In this document: piece by piece, positions 60,275 to 64,000 of the stretch
Numbering within the stretch: position 1 is the stretch's first letter
Layout of the letters: every line of letters begins with the position of its first letter
DNA from: Mantamonas sphyraenae STR306
Lineage: Eukaryota; Protista; CRuMs
Reading direction: 5' to 3'
Assembly: GCA_026936335.1 (NCBI GenBank)
Contig: JAPMXV010000026.1
Coordinates: forward strand, 62,001 to 126,000
DNA: 64,000 nt
The notes under the pieces: model-generated
The model's input: the letters and a program-made list of their open reading frames with translations, nothing else
The model's database searches: none
Told to the model about the DNA's origin: nothing
Translations under genes and position numbers: made by a program

Positions 60275-60862
60275 TCACTGGCCAAAGGGAGGGAACAGAG
60301 TGTCGTAGGCGAGGAGGAGCCAGACAAAGGACACGGCAGAGGCAACAAAGGTGGCGGCGGTAGCTTCGGGAGACGTGGATTTGTAGTAGAACATTTCCAT
60401 GACAAAGTGAGCGAGGGCGATGAGGAAGCTGAGGACAGTGGCCCAGTAGATCTGAAAGCTGTTTGGATAGACGGCAAATGTGATGCGGACGACAGAGGCA
60501 ACCAGGGTCCAGCAGGCAAACAGGCGTGCAAGGAGAGCGAGCACTGGCGTGGCGCGTGCAGGAGGGGTGGGCAATGGGGAGCGAGGTTTTTGGCGGGAGA
60601 GGGCGAAATGCGAACGTGTCAGGGCGGCGAAAAGGCGTATGCAAGAGGCTGCACAAGATGACCAAGGGGAAGGGGATTGCATGGATGGGTGGAATGGGCG
60701 CGCGTGTCACCTACTCAACTCACCCTTGGGGTCGGAACGGTTGTCCTTCAAGAGCTTGCTGTACAACTTGTTGCGGAGGTACTCCGGGTTGATGAGGGCG
60801 TAGATGCCTGCGCCTGCAGACACGGTGCCAATGAAGCCGACCCAATAGCGCACGTATTCCAT
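60275..60862 (-). CDS. ERG28: Ergosterol biosynthesis scaffold ERG28
   Basis: LLARLFACWTLVASVVR..SFLIALAHFVMEMFYYKS; one intron. Confidence 0.8.
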
Positions 60863-60903
60863 AGTGGTGCTACGTTTGTGTGTGTGTGGTTGCGGTGGGA
60901 GAG

Positions 60904-62856
60904 ATGGCGCACCACCCCACACAGAAAAAGAGCCGGAGAGAAGCAACGATGGAGACTGCACTGCGCACACAGCTGGAGGACCGGCAAAAGGCGCTGGAGG
61001 GGTACAAGGACAAGTTTCAGAAGATGTAAGTGGTGTGTGAAAGGATGTAGAGGGGTGTTTTTGTCGGCGTTTGGTCGGGGCTGACACACGGCGGGTATGT
61101 ACGTCGTAGCCGGATGGAGAATGACTACTTGCAGCAGGAGATGCAGACGCGAGAAAGCGACACGGTGAGTGTTTGGGTGGGGATGAAGGCAGAGGTGTGA
61201 GGGCGGGAGCGGGAGCGGGAAAAGGGCTGTGGGGATGAGCGTTTGCAACGGTTGGCGGCGAGTGTTTTGAGGCGGAGTGAGAAGGGACGACGAGGCTGAC
61301 GGGCATGGAATGTGGGCACACAGATTGAAGTGATTGCGTTTCTGCGGAAGGAGGGCGAAAAGAAAGAGGAGCTTATCACATCGTTGAGCAGCACGATCCA
61401 GAAGCAGAAAGAGCAGTTTGAAAAGGAGAAGGAGTATCTGGAGGCGATGTGGAACCAGAAGATCCAAGAGTTGGAGGAGCTGGTGATGCGCAAAGACCAA
61501 CAGCTGAAGTTGCTGCAGACGGAGTTGGGTGTGGTGAAGGAGTTTCGGGTATGTTCCTGGGGAGGAGAGGAGAGAGAGAGAGATCACATCAACCAACGCA
61601 GACGGGGATGGTGGCTGACGACGCTGCTGGGCAAACCACACGCACGGCCTGCGCATTACACAGAAAAACAGGACACAACTGCAGAATGATCTGGAAAAGA
61701 CGAGGCGAGAGAAGCAGGAGCAGAAGAAGAAGCACGAGGAACAAGGTGAGGCAGCATGCAATCGGGGGATGGAGGTTTGAGCCAATGCTCACACACACAC
61801 ACACACACACACGCACGCATACACATGCACATACCACTCACAGTGGCAAGGCTGGAGCACAAGTTTTACGAGGAAAAGGTGCGTCTGCAGAAGGAAAACG
61901 CAAAGAAGCTCGGGGAACAGCAGCAGGGGGCACGCGAGCAGGCGTTGCAGCTGTTGGACGAGAACACACGTCAGATCCTGGTGGAGAACCGAAGGATGGC
62001 GGAGGAGCTGCGACTGCAGGTGCAGGAGACGGATGATCTGCAACGAGCGAAGAAGCAGATGGAGGAGGAGAACAAGCGGCTGTTGCGAGAGGTGGAACTG
62101 AACCAGAAGAGTGTGGAGGAGTACGCCAAGCAGGGGTACAAGTACAGCAAGGAGCTGCGCAGCAAAACGGAGGAGATTAAGAATCTGGAGAATTCGCTCA
62201 GCAAAGTGGTGCACAATTTCGAGCGGGAACGAGAGGAGACGGAGGCGGCACACGCACGGGAGCTGAAGGAGCGACAGAGTGAAAACCACGGCTTGCGCAA
62301 ACTGTTGCAAATCCGCAGCCACGAGCTGACGGCGCTGCGGAAGCTGAGCAAGGTGATTCTGCAGGAGCGCAGCCAAACGGAGAGGTTCTTTATGGAGGCG
62401 CTGGACACGGTGCGCAAGCAGCTTGCGGCCAGCAGTGGTGGTGGCGGCGGCAGCAGTAGCAAGCTGGTGGGTGGGGGACGACGCAACAGCAAGCTGACAG
62501 GGAATTCGAAGCTCAAACGGGGCAAGGGGATGAGTGTGAGCCAGGTGGGACAGGGAAGGCGCGCAGGAGACGAGACGGGCTCTGGCAGCGTCAAGGGCAA
62601 GGATGGAGAGATGGATGAGGTGCTGCAGGGGGGAATGGAGGAGGCAGACGACACACACAGTGTGGTTTCGGGTCGCTCAGGCCGTTCAGTGTCGAGTGCG
62701 CTGAGCAGCGTGAGCGGCGGAGGTGTGGATGTGGCACAGTTGGATTGGGATGACAAGGAAAAGGTGCTGCGGTTGCTGTTTGCCAAGATCAACGAAGCGT
62801 CGTTCGACACAAGTGCGTACGAGGGCGAGGGATGGTGGATGGAAGACGAGGGATGA
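60904..62856 (+). CDS. BBOF1: Basal body orientation factor 1 (CCDC176)-like
   Basis: IEVIAFLRKE, LEHKFYEEKVRL, ILQERSQTERFFMEAL, VDVAQLDWDDKEKVLRLLFAKIN; about four introns. Confidence 0.8.
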
Positions 62857-63052
62857 ACGCCATGATTATCATCCATTTTCATCACCATCGAATGAGTGCG
62901 TGCGTGTGCGTGTGGTGGAAAGAAATCAAACAAGGGAATTTTGTTCTCTTCTGGTGCCACCATCGATGCCAACCCGAGGGGAGTGTCACTCGTGCAAGCA
63001 CAGCATTGCATGAACGTGAACATGAACATGAACATTGGACTTGGAAACCCGG

Positions 63053-63874
63053 TCAGAACTTGTTGTAGCCGCCATCGATGAGGAGGACATCGCCGTTGTG
63101 GTAGGCGCTGGCATCACTGGCAAGGTAGGCAGCGACACCACCAAAGTCGTCCTGGGAGCCCCAGCGACGAACGGGCACACGAGGCAGCACCTTTTGCATG
63201 ACGGGTTCGGCGTTGAGAAACTGGGCGGTCATGTCGGTTTCGACCCACCCGGGCAGGATGGCGTTGGCACGGATTCCCTTGGGACCCAGCTCGACGGCAA
63301 GGGCGTAGACCATGGCAATGACGGCCCCCTTTGTGGCTGCATAATGCTGGCCACGGGGCTGGCCACTGATGGCGGCGAGGGAGGAGGTGACGGCGAGGGA
63401 GCCGCCACGCTGGCCCTCTTCCATGTGCTTGGCAGCCTCACGCAGCGTGAGAAAGGCTCCGTCGAGGTTGATGGCCAGCACCTTGCGCCATTGGTCCATG
63501 CTCATGGTGGAAAAGGACTTTGAGGCGGCAGCAATGCCGGCGTTGGCGAAGCAGGAGTCGACGTGGCCGAAGCGGCCGACGACGGCGCCCATGGCCTCGA
63601 CCACACTGTCTTCGTTGGACACGTCGACCACTTGGGTGTCCACCTGGGCAGCTTCCTCCTCGCTTTGGTGGTTGATGGGATCCAGAGGCGCAGTTTCCTG
63701 GTCCAGCAGAAAGGTTTTGGCGCGGGTCAACTTGTCGCCATTGGTTCCCCACACTGACACCGACGCTCCCTGGCGTCGCAGAGCCGCAGCCATGCCCAGA
63801 CCAATGCCTCCATTGCCGCCTGTGACCACAGCCACCTTTCCAGTCAGATCAAAGAGGTTGCGTCGTGTGCTCAT
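63053..63874 (-). CDS. Classical SDR oxidoreductase (KduD/gluconate-5-dehydrogenase-like)
   Basis: FDLTGKVAVVTGGNGGIG, ANAG, YAATK, ANAILPGWVETDM, IDGGY; intronless. Confidence 0.9.
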   Translation of the reverse strand: MSTRRNLFDLTGKVAVVTGGNGGIGLGMAAALRRQGASVSVWGTNGDKLTRAKTFLLDQETAPLDPINHQSEEEAAQVDTQVVDVSNEDSVVEAMGAVVGRFGHVDSCFANAGIAAASKSFSTMSMDQWRKVLAINLDGAFLTLREAAKHMEEGQRGGSLAVTSSLAAISGQPRGQHYAATKGAVIAMVYALAVELGPKGIRANAILPGWVETDMTAQFLNAEPVMQKVLPRVPVRRWGSQDDFGGVAAYLASDASAYHNGDVLLIDGGYNKF

Positions 63875-64000
63875 GAGGGAGTGTGTGTGGTGGTGTTGGC
63901 GGCGTCGGGGCGAACAGCCCAGAGCACACACACACACACACACACACGCACACACACACGATGCGGCGTGCGGGTGGAGGTGGGGTGGTGCGACGTAGTT

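Overview
Extremely gene-dense (~35 genes in 64 kb), GC-rich nuclear DNA from a unicellular eukaryote. Genes have short GT-AG introns with CTGAC/CTCAC branch sites and (CA)n tracts. CCDC40- and BBOF1-like genes indicate a flagellum, and a RasGAP suggests a non-plant lineage (inference). No prokaryotic operons, CRISPR arrays or transposases were seen. Most genes are housekeeping (RPL9, two RPL34, NDUFB7, RPB11, APC2, UTP5/WDR43, AK6, RNase Z, ERG28, ASCC1). Highlights: (1) an MsrA whose catalytic codon is an in-frame TGA (G-U-F-W), with no Cys in the spliced protein, followed by a candidate non-canonical GGGA-type SECIS; (2) two near-identical 1.44-kb inverted copies of RPL34 bracketing a 10-kb, seven-gene segment, centred near an apparent G/C-skew switch; (3) a stand-alone Trl1/Rnl1-type RNA ligase; (4) a homologue of the plant topoisomerase VI partner RHL1; (5) a protein with DUF3825-like domains; (6) a RasGAP fused to five zinc ribbons; (7) long structured introns in ribosomal protein genes. 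At least eight genes-internal frameshifts fall in homopolymer or dinucleotide runs and are probably assembly errors. All family calls are by-eye motif recognition; no searches were run.
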